Position numbers and translations under genes: made by a program. The notes under the pieces were generated by a model. That model did not search any database. It saw only the letters and a list, made by a program, of their open reading frames with translations, and was not told where the DNA came from. Of a stretch of DNA of 64,000 nt, positions 27,789 through 38,310 are shown in pieces (positions within the stretch are counted from its first letter, which is position 1; every line of letters begins with the position of its first letter). Source of the stretch: Tepidisphaera sp. (GTDB lineage: Bacteria > Planctomycetota > Phycisphaerae > Phycisphaerales > UBA1924); NCBI GenBank assembly GCA_050916045.1, contig CP051526.1, forward strand, positions 2,240,001 through 2,304,000, read 5' to 3'.

Positions 27789-29261
27789 ATGGACACCATC
27801 CTCAGCCCCAAGCTCCCCTACACCATCCCCGCCCGCGCAGAGGCCGCCTCCCGCGACCTCCAGCTCCAGCAGTTCGTCCACCACGCCACCCGCGTCAAAG
27901 ACACCGGCCGCCGCTCCGTCGCCGCTTCAGCCTTCGGTGACCGCTACGACGACCTCCGCCGCCACGCCGGCGCGATCAAACAGCACACCCTCGAACACCT
28001 GGACCGCTACCTCGACCAATGGATCACGAGCGCCGAAGCCGCCGGCACCAAGGTCCACTTCGCCAAAGACGCCGCCGAAGCCAACGCCATCGTCCTCGGC
28101 ATCGCCGCCGCCGCCAAAGCCACACTCTGCGTCAAAGCCAAGTCCATGGCCACCGAGGAAACCGCCCTCGTCCCCGCTCTCGAAGCCGCCGGCGTCAAGA
28201 CCGTCGAAACCGACCTCGGCGAGTTCATCCTCCAACTCGACGGCGACGCTCCCTCCCACATCGTCACCCCGATGATCCACAAGGACCGCACCGCCGTCGG
28301 CCGCGCCTTCACCCGCGAACTCCACGCCCGCTACACCGAGGAACCCTCCGAACTCACCGCAATCGCCCGCGCCCACATGCGCGACCTCTTCGAACGCGCC
28401 GCCACAAACGGCATCGGCATCAGCGGAGCCAACTTCCTCCTCCCCGACACCGGCTCCCTCGTCCTCTGCACCAACGAAGGCAACGCCGACCTCTCCGTCC
28501 TCTGCCCCAACGTCCACATCGCCCTCGTCGGGATCGAAAAGCTCATCCCCTCTTCCGCCCACCTCCCCATCTTCCTCAAACTCCTCGCCCGCTCCGCCAC
28601 CGCCCAGCCCATCACCGTCTACACCACCACCATCACCGGCCCGCGCCGCCCCCCACCCCACGCCGAGCAAGACGGCCCCCGCGAAGTGCACGTCGTCCTC
28701 CTCGATAACGGCCGCGTCGACCTCCTGGCCTCCGAAGCCCGCGAACTCCTCCGCTGCATCCGCTGCGGTGCGTGCCTCAACGCCTGCCCCGTCTACCGCA
28801 AAGTCGGCGGCGGCCACGCCTACGGCGCGGTCTACTCCGGCCCCATCGGCGCGGTCCTCACCCCCCACCTCAAAGGCGTCGAAAACTACCCCGACCTCCC
28901 ACGCGCCTCCTCCCTCTGCGGCGCATGCTTCGAAGCCTGCCCCGTCCACATCGACATCCCCCGCGAACTCATCCGCCTCCGCCAATGGCAAGACTCGCGC
29001 CGCCTCACGCCCCTCAGCGAACGCCTCGCCATGAAAGCCTGGGCCTGGACCCTCGCCTCCCCCACACGCTACCGCGCCGCCTCCGCCGCCGCCCGTTGGC
29101 TCATGAACACCGCCGCAGACTCCACCGACGCCACAGGCCGCCGCTGGCTCTCCGCCCTCCCAGGCCCCCTCGCCGGCTGGACCTCACGCCGCCAATTCCC
29201 CGCCCCCGCCCCAAAGAGCTTCCGAGACTGGTGGGCCTCGCGCGGAGCGTCCAACTCATGA
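27789..29261 (+). CDS. lutB: Lactate utilization protein B (LUD + 4Fe-4S)
   Basis: ETDLGEFI, PSHIVTP, CIRCGACLNACPVY, SSLCGACFEACPV. Confidence 0.92.
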   Translation: MDTILSPKLPYTIPARAEAASRDLQLQQFVHHATRVKDTGRRSVAASAFGDRYDDLRRHAGAIKQHTLEHLDRYLDQWITSAEAAGTKVHFAKDAAEANAIVLGIAAAAKATLCVKAKSMATEETALVPALEAAGVKTVETDLGEFILQLDGDAPSHIVTPMIHKDRTAVGRAFTRELHARYTEEPSELTAIARAHMRDLFERAATNGIGISGANFLLPDTGSLVLCTNEGNADLSVLCPNVHIALVGIEKLIPSSAHLPIFLKLLARSATAQPITVYTTTITGPRRPPPHAEQDGPREVHVVLLDNGRVDLLASEARELLRCIRCGACLNACPVYRKVGGGHAYGAVYSGPIGAVLTPHLKGVENYPDLPRASSLCGACFEACPVHIDIPRELIRLRQWQDSRRLTPLSERLAMKAWAWTLASPTRYRAASAAARWLMNTAADSTDATGRRWLSALPGPLAGWTSRRQFPAPAPKSFRDWWASRGASNS

Positions 29262-29899
29262 CCACCCCACGCACTACCCGCGCCGCATTCGTCGAAAGCG
29301 TCCGCGCCGCCGTCGACAAGCAACCCCGCTCGACGACCACCGATGCACCCGCCCCCGACGAAAGCCTCGCTCGCCTCGTCTCCCCGACCGACGACATCCG
29401 CACGATGTTCCTCACCCGCGCCCGCGCCGCGGGCATCACCGTCCTCGACGAGTCCCCTTTCGGCCCGGTCCTCACCCGCGAGCTTTCAAGTCGCTCGGTC
29501 CAGCAAGCCACCCTCGCCATCGCCGACGACTCCCTCCGTCAGTCCGTGACGCGACTGCTCGCCTCCTCCGGCATCAAGATCCTCACCGGCGAAGGCCCCC
29601 TCCATCACTTTACCGCTGGCGCCGGCATCACGGACGTCGAAGCCGCCATCGCCGAAACCGGCTCCATCGTCGTCGCCTCAGGGCCCCACGCACCACGCGC
29701 CACCGCCATGGTCCCTCCCATCCACATCGCCCTGCTCAAGTGGTCGCAGCTCGTCCCCGACCTTCTCGACCTCCCGCCCCTGAGCACCGCCGCCGCGTCG
29801 CGAACCATCATCTCCGGCCCCAGCAAGACCGCCGACATCGAGGGAATCCTCATCACCGGCGTCCACGGACCCGCCGAGCTCATCGTCCTGATCGTCTGA
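29258..29899 (+). CDS. lutC: Lactate utilization protein C (LUD domain)
   Basis: AIAETGSIV, ISGPSKTADIE, GVHGP; ATGA overlap with lutB. Confidence 0.9.
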   Translation: MTTPRTTRAAFVESVRAAVDKQPRSTTTDAPAPDESLARLVSPTDDIRTMFLTRARAAGITVLDESPFGPVLTRELSSRSVQQATLAIADDSLRQSVTRLLASSGIKILTGEGPLHHFTAGAGITDVEAAIAETGSIVVASGPHAPRATAMVPPIHIALLKWSQLVPDLLDLPPLSTAAASRTIISGPSKTADIEGILITGVHGPAELIVLIV

Positions 29900-29910
29900 C
29901 CCCCGCCCGC

Positions 29911-32900
29911 TTACCGCGCCTCGCTCGCCCCGATCGGCACCAGCGACTCCAAAACCGCCCGCAGATCATCAAACACATACGGCTTGGGCAAAAGCACGTC
30001 CGGCTTCGCCCGAGACGCAAGCCGCGCCACATCATGCCCGCTCGACATCACCACGCGCGTCTCCGGCAACACCACACGCAGCTTCTCCAGCACCTGCCAC
30101 CCCGACATCCCCGGAAGCGTCACATCCAGAAGCACCGCGTCGGGCTTGCACGCTTCCGCCATCGCCAAACCCTCCTCCCCCAGCCGCGCCTCAATCACCC
30201 GATACCCCATCGATCGAATCATCTCCACCGCCGTGCCGCGGACGGCGGCATGATCGTCGATCACGAGCACCGTGCGCGTCTCCCGCACCTCCGGCGCCGC
30301 CTCGGAAGCCTCCGGTACGGCATCCGCCGGCCAGAGCAGCTCAAACCACGTCCCCACCCCGCGCACCGTCCGCACGCACACCGCCCCGCCCGTCCGCCTC
30401 ATGATCGAACGCACCAGCGCCAAACCCAGCCCTCGACCATCGTGCCCTGTGCTCACGAACGGCTCGAACATCCGAGCCTTCACCTCTTCACTGATCCCCC
30501 CCCCGGTGTCCTCCACGCACAGAAAGCTGTACTGACCCCGCGCCAGCTCGCGCCCGACACAGCAATCCCGCTCCGTCGCAGGATCAAGCTCCCGAACCCC
30601 CGTACGCACGCACACCCCTCCCTTGCGCTTTCCTATCGCGTCCGCCGCGTTCGTAAGGAGATTCATCACCGCCTGTTTCACCGCCACGGCGTCCACCCGC
30701 GTACACGCCGCACCCCCCGCGCGCGACACGCTGATCCACTTCGGAACCCGCGGGCCCAGTGTGTCCACCACAAAAGCCCCGAGCTCCGCCAAATCCACAC
30801 GCTCCGTCGACGACAACGGCGTGGCCGCCTGACCGCCGAGCCGCTTGATCAGGTCCGCCGCGAACTTCCCGGCTTCCTCGATGCGCCCCAGACTCCGCTC
30901 AAGATCCTCCAGCCTGTCAAGCTGCCGCCGCGCCAGCCCCGCGTTCCCCAGAATCCCCACCAGCAGGTTGTTGAAGTCGTGCGCGACTCCGCCCACCAGC
31001 ACACCCAGGCTCTCCACACGCTGCGACTGCCAAAGCTGCCGCTCAAGCTGCCGACGCTGCTCCTCCGCTCGCCGAAGATTCGTCTGATCCGTCAAGCACC
31101 CCTCAAAGTAAAGCGTCTTCCCGCTCGCATCCCGCACCAGCGCCGTGTAATCGTGAACCCACCGCGTCTCCCCGCTCTTCGTCAGAACCCGATACTCGCT
31201 CTCGTAGCTGCTCGCCCCCGTCTCGTCCGCGTGCTTGGCTTCCTCAAGCACACGCTGCAGGTCCTCCGGATGCACCATCGACGCCGCCGCGACACGCCCT
31301 GAGATTATGTCCTCCACCGTGTACCCGAACTGCACAACGTTCTCCGACACGTGCTCGATCGGATACCCCTCCACGTTCGCCCAACGGAACACAACCGTCG
31401 GACCTCCCAGAAACACCCGACGCTCCCGGTCCGCCGCCTGACGCAGACGGTTCTGCTCCGTCACGTCGCGGTTGATCGAAAGCACCGCACGCTCGCCACC
31501 ATACTCCACCATGTGCCCGCTCAGCTGCATGTCGATGACCATCCCATCCTTCCGACGCTGACGCCAATTGTCACTCTGGCACCACCCATTCTCGACGACC
31601 GCCTTCAAGAGCTCCCTGCCTGCGGGCTCGTTCATCGAGAGTCGCTTCAGCGACATCGACATCATCTCCTCGCGAGAATACCCGTACATCTCGCAAGCAC
31701 GACTGTTCAACGCAAGCACCTGCTCATCCTCAGGCCGGAACAGGATGATCGCATCTCGCGATCCATCAAAGATCGCGTTGAACCGCTCGGTCGCCTCCTT
31801 CGCCACCCGCTCCGCCCGCGTGCTCTCCGTCAAGTCCACCACCAGCGCGTTCCACCGCACGCCCTCATCGCACTCCTGCGGCGTCACCAGCGTGTGAAGC
31901 AGCCGATACTGCCCCGATGTGTCCTTCAAGCGATACACCACGTCGAAGTTCGTCAGGTTCCCACGGCTCATGTCCACCTGACGGTCATACTCCGCTCGAT
32001 CATCCGGATGGATGCACTCATGCATCTTCCGCTTGTAATCCTGCCCGAGCTCCATGCACGGAAATGTCCGAAGCCAGCCTTCCATCTGCGGACTCACGTA
32101 CCCCAGCGTCCGCGTCCCATCCCGACCGACCACGTACGTATAGATCAGCGTTGGAAAGCTCTCGCTCACGAGCTTGAGCTGCTCATCCCGGCCCCGCATC
32201 TCCGCTGTTCGCTTCGCCAGCCGCCGGTTCGAAATCCCAAACCCCAGCGACAGCCCCACGACCACCACCGCCGCGATCCCTCCCGCCCACGCCGCCGCCC
32301 GCGCCGACACCACCGACGGCCTGCTCAGCGGCTGATACTTCTCCGCATGCTCCGCGTAAAGCTCGTGCCACCTGCCGGTGCTCTCCAGCATCCCGAACCC
32401 GACGTTCAAAAGCGACGCAAGCGCCGCATCATCCTTCTTCACCGCCACCGCGAACGCCCGCACAAACGAATCATCATCGATCGCCGTCTCCACCAGATCA
32501 CGCACCCCCATCTGCTCAAGCTGATACCGCCCCGCCGGCATCGTCGTCACCGCATAATCCGCCTCCCCTCGGCGAACCATCTCAAAAGCCTCCGAAAGCT
32601 TCGTCGCCGCCACCACCCCCACACCACGCGCCACGCTCCACTCATACCCCACACCATCCCGCGCCACCACCACCCGCTTGCCCTTCAGCCCCTCCGCATC
32701 ACACTCCACCTCCGTCCCACGACGCGAATACACCGCACCCCGCGCCAGAAAAATCGGCATCGTGAACGTCATCTTCCCAAGCCGCGAATCCAAAAGCGAC
32801 ACCCCCGTCACCGCATCAAACCCTTCTACCTCCAGCAACTCCTCCGGCCTCACGTTGAACGTCGTCTCAACCTCCACCTCAAGCCCCACCGCCCGCGCCG

Positions 32901-33153
32901 CCTCCACCACCACCCGCACTCCAAACCCATCATCCTGCTTCCCCTCCTCCAGCGACGTGATCAGCCCCTTCGCCAAATAGTGCGGCACCGCAAGCCGGAT
33001 CTTCGACCGCTTCGCCGCAACATCCCGCCACTGGTTCTCCACCCCCGGCCCCACCTCCGGACCCCACTCCGACGGCCCTCCCACCGCTCCCCACGACGCC
33101 ACCACCATCGCCCCCAAAGCCACCGCCACCACAAACACAGATCCTCTGCTCAT
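29911..33153 (-). CDS. Hybrid sensor kinase: solute-binding domain, three PAS, HisKA/HATPase, receiver
   Basis: [35 protein letters not shown]; receiver VLVIDD..LLDV.LPGMSG..KPY; start at MSRGS. Confidence 0.9.
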   Translation of the reverse strand: MSRGSVFVVAVALGAMVVASWGAVGGPSEWGPEVGPGVENQWRDVAAKRSKIRLAVPHYLAKGLITSLEEGKQDDGFGVRVVVEAARAVGLEVEVETTFNVRPEELLEVEGFDAVTGVSLLDSRLGKMTFTMPIFLARGAVYSRRGTEVECDAEGLKGKRVVVARDGVGYEWSVARGVGVVAATKLSEAFEMVRRGEADYAVTTMPAGRYQLEQMGVRDLVETAIDDDSFVRAFAVAVKKDDAALASLLNVGFGMLESTGRWHELYAEHAEKYQPLSRPSVVSARAAAWAGGIAAVVVVGLSLGFGISNRRLAKRTAEMRGRDEQLKLVSESFPTLIYTYVVGRDGTRTLGYVSPQMEGWLRTFPCMELGQDYKRKMHECIHPDDRAEYDRQVDMSRGNLTNFDVVYRLKDTSGQYRLLHTLVTPQECDEGVRWNALVVDLTESTRAERVAKEATERFNAIFDGSRDAIILFRPEDEQVLALNSRACEMYGYSREEMMSMSLKRLSMNEPAGRELLKAVVENGWCQSDNWRQRRKDGMVIDMQLSGHMVEYGGERAVLSINRDVTEQNRLRQAADRERRVFLGGPTVVFRWANVEGYPIEHVSENVVQFGYTVEDIISGRVAAASMVHPEDLQRVLEEAKHADETGASSYESEYRVLTKSGETRWVHDYTALVRDASGKTLYFEGCLTDQTNLRRAEEQRRQLERQLWQSQRVESLGVLVGGVAHDFNNLLVGILGNAGLARRQLDRLEDLERSLGRIEEAGKFAADLIKRLGGQAATPLSSTERVDLAELGAFVVDTLGPRVPKWISVSRAGGAACTRVDAVAVKQAVMNLLTNAADAIGKRKGGVCVRTGVRELDPATERDCCVGRELARGQYSFLCVEDTGGGISEEVKARMFEPFVSTGHDGRGLGLALVRSIMRRTGGAVCVRTVRGVGTWFELLWPADAVPEASEAAPEVRETRTVLVIDDHAAVRGTAVEMIRSMGYRVIEARLGEEGLAMAEACKPDAVLLDVTLPGMSGWQVLEKLRVVLPETRVVMSSGHDVARLASRAKPDVLLPKPYVFDDLRAVLESLVPIGASEAR

Positions 33154-33267
33154 CCCCCCATTGGAACCGATCCCCTCCCCCCAGTCAACCCTCCCTCCCT
33201 CTCCCTCTCCCCACCTAGCATCCCCACGATTCACTTTTCCCAGTCTCACCCTCCAAAGGAGCCACCC

Positions 33268-34698
33268 ATGCCTAGCCCCATCTCCATGCTCAACGGCAAG
33301 CTCAACGTCCCCGAAAACCCCATCATCCCCTTCATCGAAGGCGACGGCACTGGCCCCGACATCTGGAAATCCTCCGTCCGCGTCATCGACGGTGCCGTCG
33401 AAAAAGCCTACCACGGCAAACGCAAAATCGACTGGCTCGAGGTCTACGCCGGCGAAAAAGCCTTCAACCTCACCAAAAACTGGCTCCCAGACGCCACCGT
33501 CGAAGCCTTCCGCAAATACCTCGTCGGCATCAAGGGCCCCCTCACCACCCCCGTCGGCGGCGGCATCCGCTCCCTCAACGTCGCCCTCCGACAGATGCTC
33601 GACCTCTACGTCTGCCTCCGCCCCGTCCGCTGGTTCCAAGGCGTCCCCTCCCCGGTCAAAAAGCCCGGCGACGTCGACATGGTCATCTTCCGCGAAAACA
33701 CCGAAGACATCTACGCCGGCATCGAATACGCCGCCGGCACCGCCGACTCCCAAAAGCTCCTCGACTTCCTCGCCAAAGAGTTCCCCAAGGACTTCGCCAA
33801 AATCCGCTTCGGCACCAAGGACGCCTCCGACTCCTGGTTCGCCTCCCTCGGCTCAGACCTCCGCCCCGCCGTCCAGGTCGGCCTCGGCATCAAGCCCGTC
33901 TCCCGCGTCGGCTCCGGCCGCCTCGTCTACGCCGCCATCAAGTTCGCCCTCGAGCAAAACCGCAAGTCCGTCGCCCTCGTCCACAAGGGCAACATCATGA
34001 AGTTCACCGAAGGTGCCTTCAAGGACTGGGGCTACGCCCTCGCCCAGGAACACTTCCGCGACAAAATCGTCACCGAACGCGAATCCTGGATCCTCGGCAA
34101 CAAGGACGCCAACCCCGCCCTCTCCTCCGAAGCCAACGCCAAGCTCGTCGACCCCGGCTTCGACATGATGACCCCCGACCAGCAGAAAAAGGTCATCGCC
34201 GAAGTCGAATCCGTCCTCAAGCTCGCCCCCACCCACGGCAACGGCCAGTGGAAGTCCAAGCTCATGATCAAGGACTCCATCGCCGACATCACCCTCCAGC
34301 AGGTCCTGACCCGCGCCAAAGACTTCGACGTCATCGCCACCCTCAACCTCAACGGCGACTACCTCTCCGACGCCCTCGCGGCTCAGGTCGGCGGCATCGG
34401 CATCGCCCCCGGAGCCAACATCAACTACGTCTCCGGCCACGCCATCTTCGAAGCCACCCACGGCACCGCCCCCAAATACGCCAACCTCGACCAGGTCAAC
34501 CCCGGCTCCGTCATCCTCTCCGGCGAAATGATGCTCCGCTACATGGGCTGGACCGAAGCCGCCGACCTCATCATCAAAGGCATGGACGGCGCCATCGCCG
34601 CCAAAACCGTCACCTACGACTTCCACCGAATGATGGAAGGCGCCACCAAGGTCAAATGCTCAGAATTCGGCACGGCGGTCTTGAAGCACATGGGGTGA
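33268..34698 (+). CDS. icd: NADP-dependent isocitrate dehydrogenase
   Basis: [83 protein letters not shown]. Confidence 0.97.
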   Translation: MPSPISMLNGKLNVPENPIIPFIEGDGTGPDIWKSSVRVIDGAVEKAYHGKRKIDWLEVYAGEKAFNLTKNWLPDATVEAFRKYLVGIKGPLTTPVGGGIRSLNVALRQMLDLYVCLRPVRWFQGVPSPVKKPGDVDMVIFRENTEDIYAGIEYAAGTADSQKLLDFLAKEFPKDFAKIRFGTKDASDSWFASLGSDLRPAVQVGLGIKPVSRVGSGRLVYAAIKFALEQNRKSVALVHKGNIMKFTEGAFKDWGYALAQEHFRDKIVTERESWILGNKDANPALSSEANAKLVDPGFDMMTPDQQKKVIAEVESVLKLAPTHGNGQWKSKLMIKDSIADITLQQVLTRAKDFDVIATLNLNGDYLSDALAAQVGGIGIAPGANINYVSGHAIFEATHGTAPKYANLDQVNPGSVILSGEMMLRYMGWTEAADLIIKGMDGAIAAKTVTYDFHRMMEGATKVKCSEFGTAVLKHMG

Positions 34699-34702
34699 TT
34701 AC

Positions 34703-35800
34703 ATGAATCCACTCAATCCAGCGGAACCGGTTGTGACCGACATCCCGAGTGAAGTGGACGACGCAGAATCGTCGCCGGCAAGTTATGAAATTGTGACCTA
34801 TCCGGCCGACTTCACCCTGGAAGGTCTAGTTGGAAAGTTCAAGAAAAGACAGATTGTCATTCCGGACTTCCAACGGGAGTACGTCTGGACCATCAAACAG
34901 GCAAGCAGGCTAATTGAATCGTTTCTGCTAGGACTTCCAGTCCCATCTCTTTTTCTATACACCGATCCCGAGGATAACTCTCAACTGGTAATTGATGGAC
35001 AGCAGCGACTGGTCAGCGCAGTCTACTTTCTGGATGGCATTTACTGCCCCGACGACGAGAATCGTAGGCGAGTGTTCAAGCTCACGGGACTTTCCGACGA
35101 CAGCCCGTTCGCGGGAATGACCTACGAGGATCTCCGCCGCGACAATCCCCCAGCCTTCAACAAGCTTAACGATGCAGTCCTTAGAGCATTTGTCATCAAG
35201 CAACTCAACCCCAACGACTCAACCAGCATCTATCACATCTTCGAACGGCTCAACACTGGCGGAACCATCCTCATCGGCCAAGAGATTCGCAACTGTGTTT
35301 ATCATGGTCCATTCAACGATCTACTAAATTCTCTAAACCTAGACGCGAACTGGCGACTGATCTACGGAAAGCCGTCTCTAGACAATCGAATGCGCGACGC
35401 TGAACTTGTACTGCGAGGGCTAGCGCTTTACTACAATTCTGACAATTACCAAAAGCCCATGAAAGATTTTCTATCCAAGTTCATGAAGGATCACCGTCGC
35501 GCTGAAGCCGCATGGCTCGAATCGGCTCGGTCACTTTTTGTCACAACTGCAGCAAAGATAGTTAAGCATCTTGGAGCCAGGCCGTTCCATTCCACCGGCC
35601 TTAGTGCACCGATTTATGACGCCGTGTTCGTAGCCTTTGCGGGTCACCGAGAAGCGATTCCTGAAGATATCAAGGCTCGCTACCTAAACTTGCTCAAGAA
35701 CGAAGTCTTTGTCGCGTCATCTAGCTACCGCACAACCGACGTAGATGAAGTCGAAGAACGACTCGAGACCGCAAGCTCACTTCTATTTGGCGCCGCATGA
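34703..35800 (+). CDS. DUF262 (ParB-like, GmrS N-terminal) protein
   Basis: IPDFQREYVW, LIESFLLGLPVP, VIDGQQRL, IFERLNTGG; visibly lower GC than flanks. Confidence 0.88.
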   Translation: MNPLNPAEPVVTDIPSEVDDAESSPASYEIVTYPADFTLEGLVGKFKKRQIVIPDFQREYVWTIKQASRLIESFLLGLPVPSLFLYTDPEDNSQLVIDGQQRLVSAVYFLDGIYCPDDENRRRVFKLTGLSDDSPFAGMTYEDLRRDNPPAFNKLNDAVLRAFVIKQLNPNDSTSIYHIFERLNTGGTILIGQEIRNCVYHGPFNDLLNSLNLDANWRLIYGKPSLDNRMRDAELVLRGLALYYNSDNYQKPMKDFLSKFMKDHRRAEAAWLESARSLFVTTAAKIVKHLGARPFHSTGLSAPIYDAVFVAFAGHREAIPEDIKARYLNLLKNEVFVASSSYRTTDVDEVEERLETASSLLFGAA

Positions 35801-36300
35801 CCTTCCGCGATCTAGACGTACTCCTTGAATCGGCCAGAAGGCAACTCAACAGCCTCTCGCCACACTCGCAAAACCCGGAAGAGCTTGAGTTTTTTATTGT
35901 CAGCCACGTACTCTTCGCGGTCTATGCGCGATTCGAGCGCGCAGTTGCGACCGCCACCCGAAGCCGAATCAATAGATGCCAAGACAAGCACTTGCTTAAT
36001 TTCATGAAGATCAGCACGGAGCGAGGTACCGGCAAGATTAAACTTAGCGACTTGGGCGATATACTTTTTAAGTTTGATCCGTCTTGCAAGGAGCAGTTTG
36101 TGGCTCGAGTTGACGACACTGCTCTGAATACGCCATGGGACACGATTGTGATCAATCGCAATTCCTTGGCTCACGGAGGCTCGTCGCAACTAACTCTGAT
36201 GGATATAGAAACGGCCTATCCGCGTGCCGTGGTGGTGCTCAGTTCATTTTGCGACGCCCTGGGATTAACGCCTGCTGAGAAGGCAAAAGTAACCACCTGA
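35797..36300 (+). CDS. HEPN-domain protein (putative RNase)
   Basis: Helical 167 aa with YARFE helix and RNSLAH (Rx4H) motif; ATGA overlap with the DUF262 gene. Confidence 0.78.
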   Translation: MTFRDLDVLLESARRQLNSLSPHSQNPEELEFFIVSHVLFAVYARFERAVATATRSRINRCQDKHLLNFMKISTERGTGKIKLSDLGDILFKFDPSCKEQFVARVDDTALNTPWDTIVINRNSLAHGGSSQLTLMDIETAYPRAVVVLSSFCDALGLTPAEKAKVTT

Positions 36301-36422
36301 TGCCGATCCCTTTTGAATGCCACCAGTGACTTACGGGCAGGTGGCACCGACTCCCCCAGAACCACCGACCGACAAAGAGCGGGTGGCATCACTTCACGGC
36401 CCACACGATCAAAGCCCAACCC

Positions 36423-36460
36423 GGGGTGCCACTACCCGCCGCTTCGGCGCGTAGTGGATG
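36423..36460 (+). repeat. Hairpin repeat, left flank of tRNA
   Basis: ggggtgccac-tac..ttcg..gta-gtggatg; same frame as 36678-36716. Confidence 0.6.
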
Positions 36461-36529
36461 CGTCACCGACTTCCAACCCCTTCCCGATCCCGCCGGCTTT
36501 CCGCCCCTTGGTCTTCTCAGCCCTTGAAA

Positions 36530-36601
36530 TGAGGTAGCGGGGCTTCGAACCCCGTCTTGAAGATTATAAGTCAACCGTCCTACCGATTAGACGACTACCC
36601 C
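36530..36601 (-). tRNA. tRNA with anticodon UAU (Ile, AUA-reading), atypical body
   Basis: GGGGTAG TC GTCT AATCGGTA GGAC G GTTGA CT-TAT-AA TCTTC AAGA CGGGG TTCGAAG CCCCG CTACCTC A. Acceptor, D and T stems pair; anticodon stem has two U-U mismatches; no encoded CCA. Confidence 0.75.
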
Positions 36602-36677
36602 CACATAATATCATATCGTCTAATTGTCATTTCTTCAGTAATTGAGAGCGGGTGGGCGGGTGCCACCACCTCACGGC

Positions 36678-36716
36678 CGGGGTGCCACGACCAGTCCCTT
36701 CGACTGGTCGTGGATG
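36678..36716 (+). repeat. Hairpin repeat, right flank of tRNA
   Basis: ggggtgccac-gaccagtc-ccttc-gactggtc-gtggatg. Confidence 0.6.
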
Positions 36717-36843
36717 GTCGGCCAACCTCATCGTCTTCTCCGTCCCAACTCACCACCGATCCCATCCCCTGACCGCAGAATCACGTTCCATCCCGCGGTC
36801 TCCGCGTGCCCTCGTCCACGCGTCTCCCGAGTACACTGCCCGC

Positions 36844-37281
36844 ATGGGCCTCCTCTCCGACTTCTTCTTCGCGCCCGCTCAAGCTCCGGACTCGGACATT
36901 CTCGAGCACGGGCCCAAGCCGCCGCTCCCGCGTTTCGAGTCCAAGAGCTTGACCGGCCTCGAGCTCGCAACCCTCCACACCATCCTCCTCGGCGAAAGCC
37001 TCGCCGACATCGAAGCCGTCGTCTCCCGCTCACCCGATCCGATCGCCCACGCTTCCGAGGAAGGCCCCTGGCTCTTCCCCATCGATGACCAACTGATCGA
37101 ATTGCTCCGGAAAGTCCCCGCATCCGAACGTCCCGCGCTCGCCGATGCCTGGGGCCGAACCGAGGAAATGAAAGTCCCGCCCGGCGACCCGGACTTCCAA
37201 GCCTGGTTCGCAAGCCTCTGCACATTCCTCACCCAACCCCGCCCCGCCTCCGACCGCTGCTGGCTCTGGGTCTGCCTCTGA
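36844..37281 (+). CDS. Hypothetical protein
   Basis: MGLLSDFFFA..EEGPWL..LADAW..WLWVCL; globular composition and plausible codon usage. Confidence 0.65.
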   Translation: MGLLSDFFFAPAQAPDSDILEHGPKPPLPRFESKSLTGLELATLHTILLGESLADIEAVVSRSPDPIAHASEEGPWLFPIDDQLIELLRKVPASERPALADAWGRTEEMKVPPGDPDFQAWFASLCTFLTQPRPASDRCWLWVCL

Positions 37282-37456
37282 TCCCCCACCAACTACCCCG
37301 CACCCCCGAAGCCCATGCCTTCCAAGGCATGGGTCTTTTCTTTCTCCCCCCGTGCAGTTCCACCTCCATGCGCACACCCCGCGTCACTGCGCACCCAATC
37401 TCTCCACCATCTCAAAAACCCCTGAAAACAAGCTCATTTCTCGTGATTGCTCTTGC

Positions 37457-38077
37457 ATGGCACACGACACCGCGAAACCGATCCCCTCTTCCCCCACCAC
37501 TCCCGCGCGTCCTACTCCACCCTCCCCACCCACCCACGAAAAACTCCTCATCGATCTCTTCGAGTTCAACTTGAACATCCAGGAGCTCATCCGCTTCCAC
37601 GACCTCACCCCCGCCCAGTTCCTCGCCTTCTCCAAAGACACCACCGTCCGCGAGACCCTCGACGCTTTCGAAGCCTTCCAAGCCCGCGAACAACGAATCC
37701 TCGCCCGCCAAGCCCAATCCAGCGCCGCCGGCCACCTCAACCAGTCCATCATGGACGCCCCCAACACCATCGAAGCCCGCCGAGCCGCCACCGCCCTCGC
37801 CCGCCTCACCACCCTCATGCAACCCCGCCCCGCCCGTTCCCCGCGAGCCGGGGCGTGTCGTCCCGCCATCTCCTCCCCCGCCCGTGAGCGCGACGGGGAA
37901 GGTGCCGAGTCTTCGAGGCCCCTCGCCTCCCCCGCCCGTGGGGGCGGCGGGGGAGGTGCCGAGTCTTCGAGGCGGAGGGGGTCTTCGACGCCCCCGAACC
38001 AACACACCCCCGCCGAACTCCCCACCCCCAAGCTCACCATCCCTCTCCGGCCCGACCTCCTCGCAACCCACCCCTAA
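37457..38077 (+). CDS. Hypothetical helical protein with repeat-derived C-terminus
   Basis: Helical core LLIDLF..EARRAATALARL; C-terminal part is translated palindromic repeats. Confidence 0.5.
   Translation: MAHDTAKPIPSSPTTPARPTPPSPPTHEKLLIDLFEFNLNIQELIRFHDLTPAQFLAFSKDTTVRETLDAFEAFQAREQRILARQAQSSAAGHLNQSIMDAPNTIEARRAATALARLTTLMQPRPARSPRAGACRPAISSPARERDGEGAESSRPLASPARGGGGGGAESSRRRGSSTPPNQHTPAELPTPKLTIPLRPDLLATHP
37842..37985. repeat. Cluster of family A/A2 palindromic elements
   Basis: cgcgagccggggcgtgtcg plus two cctcccccgcccgtg..aggtgccgagtcttcgaggc units. Confidence 0.8.
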
Positions 38078-38111
38078 ACCCCCGACCCTGAAAGTCCCGA
38101 TTCCCGCTCCG

Positions 38112-38245
38112 AGATCTGAAATCTGAAATTCAAAATTTGAGATTTCCCCTTTGAAATTTGAGATTTAAAATTTGAAATTCCCCCTCTGAAATCTCCCCTC
38201 CGAATTCTGAAATCTCCCCTTTGAAATTTGAAATTTGAAATCTCC
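38112..38245. repeat. AT-rich heptamer tandem repeat (TYTGARA)
   Basis: tctgaaa tctgaaa ttcaaaa tttgaga .. tttgaaa tttgaga tttaaaa tttgaaa, interrupted by tcccc. Confidence 0.85.
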
Positions 38246-38310
38246 CTCCCCTCCCTCCCCCCTCCCAAATCCCCCAGCCTCCACCCCCCGCTCACTCGCA
38301 CTGACCCGCG

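Noticed and set aside
31351..33267. Apparent 640-aa N-terminal extension of Icd
   Set aside because: Shadow of the minus-strand hybrid kinase; the true icd start is ATG 33268 with an AAAGGAG RBS
33154..33753. Apparent N-terminal extension of the hybrid kinase
   Set aside because: Antisense to icd; the signal/TM segment starts at 33153
34703..36730. Complete prophage or integrative element at the tRNA or icd
   Set aside because: No integrase, phage genes or duplicated att sequence found by eye
38112..38245. oriC DNA-unwinding element
   Set aside because: AT-rich, but no DnaA boxes or dnaA nearby, and similar heptamers occur elsewhere; kept only as a repeat
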